This document shows positions 39,591 to 53,700 of a stretch of 64,000 bases of DNA, one piece after another. The stretch's first letter is position 1; each line of letters begins with the position of its first letter. Source of the DNA: Tubiluchus corallicola (taxonomy: Eukaryota; Animalia; Priapulida). The DNA lies in the NCBI GenBank assembly GCA_030141605.1, contig JAQGDQ010000321.1, positions 205,956 to 269,955 of the forward strand, in the 5' to 3' direction. The notes beneath the pieces were generated by a model. The model did not search any database, was not told where the DNA came from, and was given only the letters and a program-made list of their open reading frames with translations. The position numbers were made by a program, and so were the translations under genes.

Positions 39591-40609
39591 ATTTATTTGT
39601 GCTTTTGTTACATTACTTTTTTACATTCTTTTACATACAAATATTTTTTTTGTTAAACTGTCTGTTGCAATATATAAAATTGTTATTTTATTATAATTTT
39701 ATAGTTTTTTTGTGATAACCTTTAGTTTTATACTTTTTAGGCTGTTTGTTTCTGATTATTTTTGGAATTAATTAATTATACTTATCACCAGTAAATGAAC
39801 AAATTCGACAGTGCAATTTTTCACTTAAATTTCATTTCACATATTTAATGACACTGTAAAGGTCTATGTTTTGTATGGCTCTGCAGCTTATGTTTTCATT
39901 GCTGACGCTATAATGCAACAAGTTGCTAATTACAAATTTTTTGCAAAATGCTTAAATGACTCTACACTTATTCGATGGAATAAAATAAACAAGAATTTAG
40001 AAGGCTGGCACAAAAAACTATGTAGACCTTTGTTCTTGAAGGAATTTTCTTGCAATATACAATATGCTACATAACATACTAAAGTATGGAGAAGAGAGTT
40101 ACCATGTTTAATTTTATCACTTACTAGAAAGTATTAATTGTAATGTATAAATAAATTTTGTCATTGCTGCAAAATACTTGCTGATTCAATTTTCTTTGTT
40201 TTTAATGAAAAAGTTTTTACAATGAATAATAACTCCAAATGACAAAAATATCGAATTAATTGTACAAATTAGGATGCATTTCAACCAACATTAATTTTTT
40301 TTCCTATACATATGCGCCATTGTCCTTGCATGTTCATGCCGAACCACAGCTGAAGCCATGAACTTGATTGGTCCCTGGTGGCTAATTGCATACTGAAGCA
40401 TATGCCATTAATGTAAATAACTCCGACATTCGCTAGTTAGAAATCCCACAATATATTGGCACAGACTAACCAGCACACAAAACGTCACTTTCTCTGGTGA
40501 ACTAATTCACACTCAGACTATTGCACCCTCTTAAAACTTTGCCCTAATCTCTTCTGCATCAGTGGTAGCCACTAGCAAATTTGGAATGTCATTTACTTAT
40601 CTTTAGTTA

Positions 40610-43600
40610 CTATTGTGCCTGGCTTGTGTCTCGTGACTTGTATGTAATACCACGACTCTTTAGTTCGCGGATGATGCCGGGTGGCAGTTTACCTGATACT
40701 GAAATAGCATACATTCCTTTTGATAGACTATCTGCAAGAAGAGAAGATTGAATTTCATTATTACTCGACAGCAGCAAGCTTCCATGCAACTTCAAACCGC
40801 TTTATATCACCTACCTTGGGACTGCAAAAAAGTTAGAATTATAGGTTGACATTATAACAAGGTGTGTTAAACAAACATTTTGTTTTGCTAAAAATTTGGG
40901 CGTTAAGCGAGGTTGGCGTTACAAAGGGGTCGTTATGATGAGGTTTGACTGTATATGATTTTTGCAATAGTGCATTAAACCCCATTCAACTAAATTATAT
41001 TCCACTACATTTGCATTTTCACATTGAATTAAATTACCCTAAATGTTGCAAGAATAACTCATTACATTAGTTAATGTTTGATTCAATCAATCTGTAATTT
41101 CTAACTCACACACATAGATCAAACATACAGGTGCAAAAGGGACACTTACTCTATTTTCTAGTGTGAACACAAAAACACTACTGTAGAATCAATTAGTTGT
41201 GCTGTACACATTCTCAAATTTTGTTTTGACATATAACGATGTACACAAGTAGTTAGTAGGGCATTAGTAATAGCTAGCCGTTAAAGACACTAGTTAAAAC
41301 AAGACTGCAGTACGCAGGGGCCTACTTAACAGTGTGGCAAGTAAACCCAAAATTTCAACCAAATTTTATTATTTCAGTTCAAAATGTATAGCTGAATGGG
41401 TGGTGGTAAACAGTCATTCAAATAGTGAGTATTACTCTAAGACATAAGCAGAATTGTGCAGAGACGAAAACTATGTCGTTCAGACTTTGCACCACATATT
41501 TTTGAGACAAAAATAGATTTTAAAATTTTAATTTTGTCGGGACATTCTTCTTCATCTTCTTCCTCACCATTATTTTAGAAAAGACGATATTGTTTCTGTA
41601 GTTTAGTGCAAAACAGCAGAAAATGTCAAATTTTTGTTGCAAATAAAGAAATAAACAAAAGTGATAAAACATTGATTAGGGTTCCAATAACAGAACAGTT
41701 AAACAAACATGTCCAGGTAAGGTCATTAAGCAGCTCGGTATATTAAGCTTATATACTACTCACTTATGCGCTGCCATTTTGCAACCCAGCTATCTTCTGG
41801 ATTCATCATAGCAATCACTCTAGAAAACAAAATTAATATATTACATTTTATACTGTAAACATTAGACATGTGGTTGTCCTGTTGTTAAATGTTAATACTG
41901 TTGATGTTGTAATATACAAGTCATCTTCATAATTTAATCAATAATGAACAATATAAACTGATAAAACTACAAAAAGAAAATCTAAAGCAGCGTAGTATTC
42001 TTTGGTTCCTTGTTTACTTCCTGTACATACTTAGTTACATACATTAATGGAGAATGCCTGAAGGTTATGCAAATTTAAAAACAGAGGGTCATTTAGCATT
42101 CCAGCAATTTAAATTATATTCGCATTTGTCATTTTAAAGCAAGTACTATTTATTAAATTATGTTACCACGTTTACAATAATATGTCTGAGAAGTACAAGC
42201 AATAGAATAAAAATATAAGGTAAAAACTGAAGAGAAAGTATGTGATAATGACAACACAAGTAAAGTCTATACTACAAATGAAACTGTTTAATAAATTAAT
42301 ACAAACCCATCAAAATTGGCACTTGTGCAATCATAGACCATGTCTCTGTTCCCTTTCATTCCAAGAAATTGCTCGCAGTTCTCACATCCATCCAGTTCAA
42401 ATTGATCTATGGTCTAGAACAGTCACTAACGAGATCATTTCAGTGTTGAATTAAATGCGATGTTTATTTACCAATTTTAGCTTTTATGTGTTAGTCAATT
42501 ATTACTTTGTTTTTACTGTGATGTACTTTTATAACTTTACAAATTACAGTTACAGTTCTCTGACTACAATGCAATTTCATCACAATAATTTTTGGCATGT
42601 AAAACGAAATTTTTACACCCATGAAAATTTTAGTTTATCCAAAGCCTCCACTCTGCTGCAGCTGAGTGATAATGGTACAGTCTATGTTACTTAAAGCGAG
42701 ACTGGGCCCAATCCTAAACTGTAAGTCAAAACAATCTACTCTTTAAAATATTGAAAGGAAACACACTATTTCTTTCAAAAATGACTTAAGTGAAAGAATC
42801 ATTACCACACAAACACAATTTTGCATTCGCATGCATTGCTTTGCTGTTACATGCATTTCGCCATTCGCTAGTTAGACGGGCACTAGCGCCTGCATTTCAG
42901 AAACGTGCTGTACCTCTCAGTTCAGATGTGTTAGTTTGTGACGAACTACACACATTTGACAGTTCATGCGTGAGCACAGAGGTAAATTTGAAATTTGCAT
43001 TTTTATTTTTAAACTTGGCTAGTTTTAGTGCAACACACTGAATATCTTACAGTAGCACTGTACTTCAATTTTTGCTTTCATAAACAAGTGCAATATGCTT
43101 GTGGAATATTTTTGCTGTTGAAAATTACGTTAGTTCATCAATAGTTGGGCTCACCTGCCATTAATTAAGTTTTTAATCTGTAATTTATTTATCACAAACG
43201 ATTTTGCAGTACTAAATGTGTCAACATGTACACTTTTATTGGATTTGAAAATGGGGTATTGTATGAAAAATCATCTTGTCCTCCTTTAAGGACAGTAACA
43301 GCACAATTCAATTGAATTGTTAAATTGAAGCAAAGGCCACATGTTACAAGTTTGACATTACTGGTATGTATTTTTAACCATACACTAAAATTTACAATAC
43401 TTTCATTGTAATATCCTCAGTGGCATAGTTAAGGCGGGGTGGATAGGCTATCCTTTCAGACAGCACCACTTTCATCAAGTACATAGAAAAAGTTGATTCT
43501 GTCAGAAAAATAGAAAGGCAAAACACCCTCAGGACACAATTTCCCAAACGATGCTTACAGTGCCTCCTGCTATTTACTACTTTTTTACATTAACATTTGA

Positions 43601-44433
43601 AACTTTTGAGCATTGTAACTCTGAAACACGTAGACATTTGGGTGAATTTATTTCTCACAAACAAATATTTGCAGTAGGACTTTATTATTTTATCGATTTA
43701 CCTCTGTAATTTACCTCAACTTTAAGACAATGCTGCTAAATTTTACAAATACGAACTGCATCAAATTCTAAGTATGTTACTGAACGTCCTCTTTTAATAA
43801 CAAGGATATACAGCTATGTAGCTGAAGAGTCATGGTGCATTCTTAGCAACCAAAAAAAAGTTAAGCAAAACCGGGCATGATTAGTCAATGGACAGGAAAT
43901 CACAAGAAAAATTGCTTGTGGGTAGTTTCTTCTGCAATCTGGCTATATATTTCTTTGAGAAAGAATGTGATGAATGAATCCAAACATGGACAAGAGACCT
44001 CTGCAGGTTCAGCACCTGATCTTAACTGTTTACTCCTAATAATACAACAATCCAGTCCAGCCAAACCTATCAAATAGGCTCAAACCAATTAAGTAGGTCC
44101 TGCTAGAGAGTCCTGAATTGCAGGTAGCAGTTTGCTGAACAGCCTAAAGATATAATTATCTGTTTAACGATACACTCAGTTTTATTATTGTTTATACGTA
44201 ATGTGCATTAGTCATGGCACTAAAAACAATAAAATCTACGGCAACATGTGTCTTGAACCAAAGAAAGCTTAAATTTTAACCTACATTTAACACAAATTAT
44301 TAAAAACACGTAGTTGATGTGAAATCCTAACCAGAATGGAGTACTAAATTTCATTTAAACAAACCTTAATCATTGAACATAATAAACATGCTCTTAGATT
44401 CCTTAGTTCTTTTGGTATGCTTTCCATAGACAT
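40610..44433 (-). CDS. SUPT4H1: Transcription elongation factor SPT4 (DSIF small subunit), 117 aa, 4 exons
   Basis: Exons 44433-44365, 42413-42307, 41819-41764 and 40731-40610 total 354 nt: [117 protein letters not shown]. The four-Cys zinc finger is intact. Confidence 0.96.
40790..40954. mobile_element. Degenerate Tc1/pogo-type MITE in SPT4 intron 3
   Basis: Right end GAGGTTTGACTG-TA is a typical TA-CAGTCAAACCTC terminus. The left end TCAAACCGCTTTATATCACC is only a partial match. Confidence 0.4.
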
Positions 44434-44721
44434 TTTGATAATATATTCAATGTTTTGTACAAAAAGTTAGAAGTTTTGTTTGCACCGAAACTAAACTTCG
44501 GCAGCCATTACTGTGTTTGACAATAAAGAGATTCTTTGCCAAGTGCGTGGGTGCGTAGGCGTTGACTTTGGCTACCCAATCAAAATTTGCCGTTCGCGGT
44601 ACGTCATTTGTGTGGGAGAGGATGGCAGAAGAGAGAAAAATAACCATGATGGACGAATTCGGTTGAAATTTCGTTATATTGAGCCTGCTATTTCCTGACG
44701 CAGAAGGCAGTTGGAGGAAAC
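44434..44721. promoter_or_regulatory. Bidirectional promoter and 5' UTRs shared by SPT4 and NF1
   Basis: Divergent ATGs 288 bp apart. The region is locally CpG-richer and contains a CRE half-site-like TACGTCA (~44600) and a YY1-like GCCAT (~44503). Confidence 0.7.
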
Positions 44722-47700
44722 ATGGCTACACCAAAACCGGTAGAATGGGTTCAAGCATTGCTCACTAGATTCGAGGAACAAGTCAGTTTTTTATTTTGTT
44801 AGCATTTCATTCACGAAAATTATGTTATCTGCTTGGCGTATCGGCGTAGCTAAGTCTACAGTGCAAGTGTTTTTGTCAATGGCTTCTTTTATGAATGGGC
44901 TTACGCTGCCCGAAAACGTTTACATTGATTGTGCGAAATTGCTCTTTTGTATCAGAGTCTAACCTTTTTTATAGTATTGTAGTAGTTTTTGTCATTATAA
45001 TGGTTTGAATATTAATTTTACGCGGTTTTGTTTTATTAGTAGTACTTTTTAGGTGTTTTTGTGAAACATTTTGCACAAAGAAGTTGTGGAATTTAAGAAT
45101 GATTTGGGTAGTTAATGTTTGGATTGCTATGTAAATGTGTGAACATAGCTGAAATGTTTCTCATGCACTCATATTGAGTTATATAATTATAGACATTAAA
45201 TTAAAGCATTACCATTGTGATTTTTTAAAATTTATTTTGTAAAACTAATTACACCTAGGATTACATTTATAGGCCAAGGATCCAACTTTGCTCTTTTCTT
45301 GAACAGTTTATAAATGTCTATGTTTTGTAATTGAATGTTGTGTACTCCTTATAGCAGCTTTATTCATTTTTGTTCCCTGCATCTTTTTAGCTCCCCATTC
45401 GGACAGGCCTGCATACAACACATTCCCGGATCAATGTGGAACAAAATAAAGAATGTCTGATCAATGTCAGCAAGTACAAGTTCACTTTGGTTATCAGTGG
45501 CCTTACCCGCATCTTACAGACCGTCGGAACCATGAAGATCTTTGGCGCAGAAGCAGAAAGAAACTTCTACGAGTCACAGCTTATAATTTTGGATACTCTT
45601 CATCAATGCTTGAATGGGGTGTGTATGATATTAACGATTACCTTCCTTCTAGTTATACATATGAGATCATCAAAAAATTAAATTACAATGTAGTACAAAA
45701 TTACAAGATATAAAGGTATAAAAGAATAAGCAAGGTAGAACGTACAGCAACAAGCACTCAATAGTTTACTGCTACACATGAAAACTAATTTGTGATTTTA
45801 TCCATGACTTTTGGTCTGCCTATTATAATTTTGTAAGTGAAACAGCACTATAATCTACTAGTGACATCGACAATATAGTTTTTCTAGCATCAAACGTCTT
45901 GAAGGAAATAAGAAACAAAGGACATTCAGCGATTGATCAAATGTCACTGAACTTCTTGGCCTCCCTTCCCACATTCTGGTACATGTGGCAAATTAAATTT
46001 GTTTAGACCAGTTGTTAAATACGCTTGTCAGGTATGGCATTCATCTCTCTGTCTCTCTCTCCCAAAATCTCTCTAATTTATTAGAAGCTGTCCTCAAACG
46101 TACACTAAAAATAATTTACGAAATGAAAACTACGTAAATGCTCTAATTTTGGCTAATCTTCAACTTTTATTTAAGCGTCTCCAAAATTCTTGCAAAGAGT
46201 TGTTTTTATCAATTCAAAATCCTAATAATATAATCCACACTTTATTGCCAGATGCGTATACTCAAAGATATGGTACTCGCCAACATATGAAATACCTGTA
46301 GCCTAAATCAAGAACAGAGATATTCCAAGGACAGTTTTATTTCAAATGGTTTATTTAATTTTCAAACTCATTTTATTTAGTTCGTGTATATTATGCAATA
46401 GTAGGACATAGAATATCATGACTGTGGATTTAATGGCAAGCTCTTTGTTTTTTAGTAATGAACATTGCTATTCTTATGTGGATAATAGGATAATACAAAT
46501 GTCTCTGAAATAACTAGTCAGGGGTGGAAGTTAAATATGTTTATTTTCTTTCTGTGTATTTTGTAGCTCAAGTTCCATTTAGCAACTGCATAGTTCGTCA
46601 TTGTATATGTATTACAGGAGAATTCAAATGCTTAAACGTAAACTCTTTAAAACACTGTCCTCCTAAACTTAAAATCACCAGAGGAACTCTGTAATTGTTA
46701 AAATCATAGCAAGTCACTTTGTTTTTGATCATGCAGTACAACAGTTTACCAGAACAGCAAGCATGAGTGCCTAGAAACTGTAGTGTTGGCTATATCTGGT
46801 GTGGAATTCATCTCTCTGTTCAAAAATTCTCATTGAAAATAATTTTTCACATGAAAATTATGTAAATGCTCTAATTTTGGCTAATCTTCAACTTTTATTT
46901 AAGCGTCTCCAAAATTCTTGCAAAAAGTTGTTTTTATCAATTCAAAATCCTAATAATATAATCCACACTTTATTGCCAGATGCGTATACTCAAAGATATG
47001 GTACTCGCCAACATATGAAATACCTGTAGCCTAAATCAAGAACAGAGATATTCCAAGGACAGTTTTATTTCAAATGGTTTATTTAATTTTCAAACTCATT
47101 TTATTTAGTTCGTGTATATTGTGCAATAGTAGGACATAGAATATCATGACTGTGGATTTAATGGCAAGCTCTTTGTTTTTTAGTAATGAACATTGCTATT
47201 CTTATGTGGATAATAGGATAATACAAATGTCTCTGAAATAACTAGTCAGGGGTGGAAGTTAAATATGTTTATTTTCTTTCTGTGTATTTTGTAGCTCAAG
47301 TTCCATTTAGCAACTGCATAGTTCGTCATTGTATATGTATTACAGGAGAATTCAAATGCTTAAACGTAAACTCTTTAAAACACTGTCCTCCTAAACTTAA
47401 AATCACCAGAGGAACTCTGTAATTGTTAAAATCATAGCAAGTCACTTTGTTTTTGATCATGCAGTACAACAGTTTACCAGAACAGCAAGCATGAGTGCCT
47501 AGAAACTGTAGTGTTGGCTATATCTGGTGTGGAATTCATCTCTCTGTTCAAAAATTCTCATTGAAAATAATTTTTCACATGAAAATTATGTAAATCCTCT
47601 AATTTTGCCTAATCTTCAACCTTTATTTAACCGTTGCAGAAATTCTTGCAGAAGTTGTTCTTATCAATTAAAAATCCTAATAATGTAATGCCCACTCTAT

Positions 47701-50700
47701 TGCCAGATGCCCATATCCGTAGATATAGCCCTTGCCCTCATCTGAAATACAGCTTACCTAGATGCAAAACAGAGAGATTCAAGAGCAGTTTCATCTCACA
47801 TGGTTTATTTAATTTACAAACATAACTTTAAACAAATCTTAATGTTTTCCATGTATCTTGAAACAGTGTAATAGTGCTTGTTGCTGTATGTTCTGCTTTG
47901 CTCATTTTTTTTAAAAATGTTTATATTTTATAATTTTATGCTGTACTGCGATTCAACATTTTGGTTGTAATAATGATTATTAAACTTATTATCTGATAGT
48001 TCTGGCTGTGATATTTAGTTAAAAAATTTAACTGTGTTTTTTTACTTTTCTCAGCAATCGTTATAGCTACTGCATTTTTGTTTCAAAATGTTTCATGATG
48101 TAGTTAGTCCTACTTGTGCAGCTGAATTAAAAATAGAAACTTCTCTAAACTCTAGAAAACATCAGCATCACCTGTAGATAATGATAGTGCAGGTCTCTGC
48201 TTCTGTTTGCATCCCAGTTCAGTTTGGAGAGAGAAATCTTGATTAACCGTATAAAAATAGTGCAGTTGCCATAGCAACCTTATTACAGTTTCCTCACTGA
48301 TGTAGAGTGAATGGTCGATCAATAGGGAAAGTTACTGTGCTGAAGCTGCATAGCTAGAACATGGGACCGTATATACAATTCCCCTGTACTTTAACAGAAG
48401 AATGACACTAGCAGATGAATATATTTTTTGCTGAAATTTAATAAAAAAATTTCTTTGTTTGCTCATTTTGTTGATTTACATAATATTGAAGTAATAATAA
48501 TAATAATAATGATCCATTAACCTCAAATCCACGAAATGCTCTAGGCTTTATAATTTATAATAGATAAAAAGTGTGTGTAAAATACTTCATCAATTGACTT
48601 AAAAATTATAATAAAAGTAAAGCATATTTAAGCAATACGTACAATACAATTCTAGAGATAAAATTTAAGACATAATGGAAATCAAATTTAAGTACGTAGT
48701 AGTAAGCACCTACCATAGATCTAGAATAAAAGATAATTGTTTAACAAATGCTGATGCTATTAGTGATTGGTGAATATTCAGTATTAGTGATGATATGTTG
48801 GCATTGTTGCCTTTTTGTAAAATCATCAAGTCTTCAACTAATGCTATTTTTAATTGACTAAACCTTTTGCATAATTAAACTGTGCAAAAGATCAGCAAAT
48901 ATTTGTTATGATGTTTTGATCTTGAAAACTTAATATCTGAATTTATGTCATTCAGAAAACAGTCAAGTACTAAACAGTTGTGAATGACCAAGTTGATTAA
49001 TAAATTACTGATGGGGCCTTTTTAGAAAATCAAGAGAGCTATTTTATTCAAAGTTTTCAATAGCAGCTAAGTGTAAATAGTTACTACCTGTAATTGGGGT
49101 AACATGTGACATATAAGCGTATTGCTATGTTATTTCAATGATGCTATACTTGTAGCAACCAAAAGACACAAGCAGACTTGATGAAGCCATGAATGTGAAG
49201 CTTTTACTGCCAGAAATAATCCAGGTAAGACATTTTATGCACTTGCAGTATGTAGCTTTTTATGCTTATGTAAATCCTTTAACTAGAAACATTGTTATTT
49301 TGTAATTTGTGCAAAACACACGGCTACTAATCATCATAGTACTGCAGTTCTTTTGCTAAAGTGAATTTAGGGAAAATCTTAAACTAGATATGTTTAGAGT
49401 TCCGGCCTCTTCTAGTAGATTATTGTGTCATTACGAAAGCACAGGAAAAGAGCATCAGTGTACCGTGTGTTCTTTTGAGATGTAATACAATTTTTGCAAA
49501 AGGGAAAAAAGGCTGCACGTATAACTGCATTAAAATGTCCAGATAGTGTGACTTGGGAGTGCAACACATATATTTTATTTAAAGGTATTTATATATGCAT
49601 AGTGTTGATCTGTCATTGTTAGGTGTGCTACTTAGTTTTGCAGATGTTTGGATAGATAGATAGGATGGTTGGATGGGCAGACAGACAGACAGATAGATTG
49701 TTTATTAAGCAATTAAGCATTCCAATCAATTAAAAGGTTGAAAACTACAAAAAAGCGGTCACACAAAGATAAAACAGAAAGAGATAAAACAATAGTGAAT
49801 AAAATAAAACTTGTTATATCCTGCAAAAACAAGAATTTCATTAAAAACAATTTAAAAATTGTGAGACCAGTATGGAGAAGATGAAAAGTAAATCATGTTA
49901 GATTGTATGCGTGTGTAACATGGAACAAAACTGTTTATAACGAGAAGTTGTGCCCCATGATAACGCAAATGATTTTGATTACAGAATGCTGTAAGTGTTT
50001 GTTGTGTGTTAAGCAGGAGATGATGTCATTTACGTGTGTACATGTTCATTGTGTCAAAGTAATTTTTGTACGATGTTTGCCGTCAAGATTCTAGTGTGAG
50101 AATGTAGAGACACTAATGCTTATTTGTAAGATAGTGATAACATATAATGCTACATGCACGCCTTTGTATTCTATGTTAATTTGCCATTTTAGCATACGTA
50201 GGACAGGATGGCAGATCTATCAATTTTAAGCTATTTTTGGCTAGAATGTAGGCTTGTGTCTGCTGTCAGACAACCAACAGCTCAACTTAATGCATGCATT
50301 CAAGTATTTCATTGATTTACGTTGTTCATTGTTTTTGTTTTAGTTCATCAATCTTCCGAATGAAAATCCCTTGAAAGCTCTTGCTTCTAAAGTCTTATTT
50401 GCACTGAGTTTGAACAACTTTACCGCAGTTTTCAACCGAATTTCTGCCAGGTGAGATGGTTTTACCTGACAAACTTAAGAAAAAGATAGTGTTATATATA
50501 CTAGAGTTGGGGAATCGTTTTTTTCTGTAAATTAACTAAGTGGACTACTTTCTAATTCGAGAATTGATTTGAAATGGATTTTTCAACAGGTTTGTAATCT
50601 AGTTAGCTTAGTTCACTTGAAAAACCTAATTGCTACAAGACACTTAGGTTATGAATTAGAATGGTGTAATCCGTTTCCACCACAGATTCGTCTTCCAGAA

Positions 50701-53700
50701 ATGTTATGCTGTCAAGGCTTGTTTGCCCTGTGCTTACGAATTTGACATAGAATGTTGGCTGCAGAACTGTTTTCAAAGCTGGCTGCGTACTTTAGTTGAT
50801 ATTTTATTGAATCGTCCCACCACTAGTATACACATGAAACACTGGATGAAATGGACAAAGTTATTTTCATTTAGCTTAATTGTCAAAATCTATGAGTTGG
50901 GCAGGCATATCCTAATCGGAGTGCGAGTTCTTATTCATATAAACGTACATTTAGCACCTGTAGTGGCTACTTTACAAACACTTCTGACAGTCATTACCGT
51001 GAACATTTTTTACACCTGTAAACATGTCTTTAATAATTACACAATAATGTATTTGCACTATTGAATTAAAAATTTTTAGAAACATCAAATAAGGAAAACC
51101 CCTTGCAGACAATCTTGTACCTTGTGTTGAATAAAAAACAATCCAAGTCTAGTTTGATATGTGTACTTACACATTTTTGCCTTCAGAATTGTTCATAAAA
51201 GTCCATTGCAAAGTAATGGTTATCATGCATATGTAGTCGAGGGTAAGTCCAGTTAAAGCTTACTGCCATATCATATTCGAGTTTTCTATCCATGTTTATA
51301 TGATTACCCTGCAGCTCATACAAGATGTTTATTAGAGATAGTGTAAAATAATGGCAAGCACATTGATCTTTGGCACATTACTGTCATAGGAAATCAATAA
51401 ATGATAAACAATGTAAATAAATAAATAAGCAAAATAGGTAAAAGTCTTTTATTTTTGTAAAAAACGTTCCATTCTCCACGGCTACTTTAGAATTAAAAAG
51501 TTATTAGTATAATTTGAGAGCAATATTTAAACATGCTAAATTACATTTCAATTTAAACTACAGCTGCTAATAAGCTTACAACACATCAGATAAAAACTAA
51601 TTAAGACAAATCCTTGGGTACTAAAATGTGTATAAAACAGAGTCAAATTTTTGTATTAAATAACTTTAAAATGAAAGTAAAACAAAAAAGAGCAGCAGAA
51701 GATAAAATATTAATGGCAACCTATGTTAAAAATACATCTATTTATAAAAGTATCAGTTGCCCTTTTTGTCTTTAGTTTGGATCTAGAAAACAAGCACTTT
51801 CTGCATCTAAGGTGTTCCGTTTTCTCTTTTTAGGAGGAGATTAATAAGTGGATGACATTTCTTGGTTACTTTTCTAACAATGTTTGAATCTTGTTTCTTT
51901 AAAATATGTGGCTTTTCTTAAACATGAAAACAAGTTAAGCCAAGCCATATACGTGGGCATTGCTATTATACGAAATACAAAACCTTGGCAGTGAAAAAAT
52001 CATTACAATAGCAGTACTATTTCCCCGACTCGGTTTTACGTCTTCACAATCTTGTTTCCACTTTATTCCTTTATTATTCCTTTCTGCTATCAAAATGAAC
52101 ATTATTTCTAAGTGATTTTCTGTTGCACATTTCCCTGTCTATGATCAGAAACTCAAGTCCATAATTAAATTTACTTTCACTGTTATGAGCTTTTTGTGTC
52201 TGAAATTTTTCTTTCACTATAAAGGCACTAAGGCAAGGTAATAGGTTTACTACTTTGTTTGGAATTACTTATTAGGCTTGTAACCGGTTTTTGTAAATTT
52301 GCAATGGACTAAAACTCTATGGTTTTTCTTCTGTAAGACTTCTACTATTGTTATAACTGCACAGCATTGATATTATAATTTCATAACTTAATTTCAAAGC
52401 ATTTATTACTATTTTTACTGGTTCCTATTTTTACTAGCTTACGTGTGTTTTTCAGACTCCATGCTCTTTCTACATCCAGTGATCAAGACACAAGTGATTT
52501 CAGCGATCTCGAATTAATACAGCATATAAATGTTGATTACACACGACTTATTAAGCTTCTTAACGGTATGTTTAAATAAGTTTTTGACAGGATTCATACT
52601 AAGCTCACTTATTAATTGCTAAATGTTTGAAACTATCTATCAATAGATAAGTAGTAATATACTTTGTTCCTAATGTATAGCTTACTCTTGAGTCTAATTT
52701 AAGGTAGTTTATGTATCAATTTCATTTGTGTTTAAAGAGCTTTTTAAATAAAACAGTTTGTGACTTGTTTAACATGCTTCTGCATATTGCAAGCCTGAAT
52801 TCACCATTCAACCGTAAGTCATTTCAATGTTTGTGTTCCTGATGAGAATGGAGCCCGAACTAAATGAAGGATTTAACCTTCTAAACCACTTAGCATACAA
52901 CCTTCCTGTGCAAGATAGTGTGTTGAATGAAACTGTCGTGATCGAGAATTGAACTCAGTTAGTCGTAAACCATTCACATGAAACACGTGCATAAAAATAA
53001 AACTTTTTAATACTGTCTTAAAGCACAAGAAAACCCTTAACTTAAAACTTAAAAAATTCATAAAATTCTATACCACTTACATACTGCCTTTTTGCACATT
53101 AGACTTGCGTTGGCAGTAACACTGTATAAAATATGTAAATTTAAACTCCCACGATGACTTTAGGAGCAGCCATTTTGACAATAAATCATTTGAAACAAGT
53201 TTAGATAATATTGTGTAAAGTTTGAAAAAGTAATCAGAGCATTCGTAGCACACAACTCACTAACTAAGTAAAATTTAAAATTACTGTATCTTGTCAATAA
53301 GATTAAAAATTTGTTTTTGGTTAGTGAATGGTGCACCCTGAAGGGTGAGTCAGCGACATTTTACCAATTGGTGAAAGCATTCTAAATAATTAATAATTTT
53401 CTTTTCTAGTTACATAAGTCTTTTAAGCAGGTAAGCGAAATACTAAGTAATATAATTTTTTTTTGGAAAGTTTTTCGGACATAATTTAACATTGCCTTTT
53501 TTTCCCCTGATTTACGTTGTGCGTAAGTGACATCATGTAATGGCGCCATCGGAACAGTGTCGGAAATTTAAAATGAAAATTCATTTTCAACACAAGTACG
53601 ACATATGAATAAAATTGCTATAAAGTAATAGAAAATTTTAAAGAGATTTTTCTGAAACCTACTTTGGGTACCCCTTTTCTTGTTCTTTAAGCATCAATGA

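Noticed and set aside
52835-52875. Hammerhead core CUGAUGA on the plus strand
   Set aside because: No GAAA box or closing helices.
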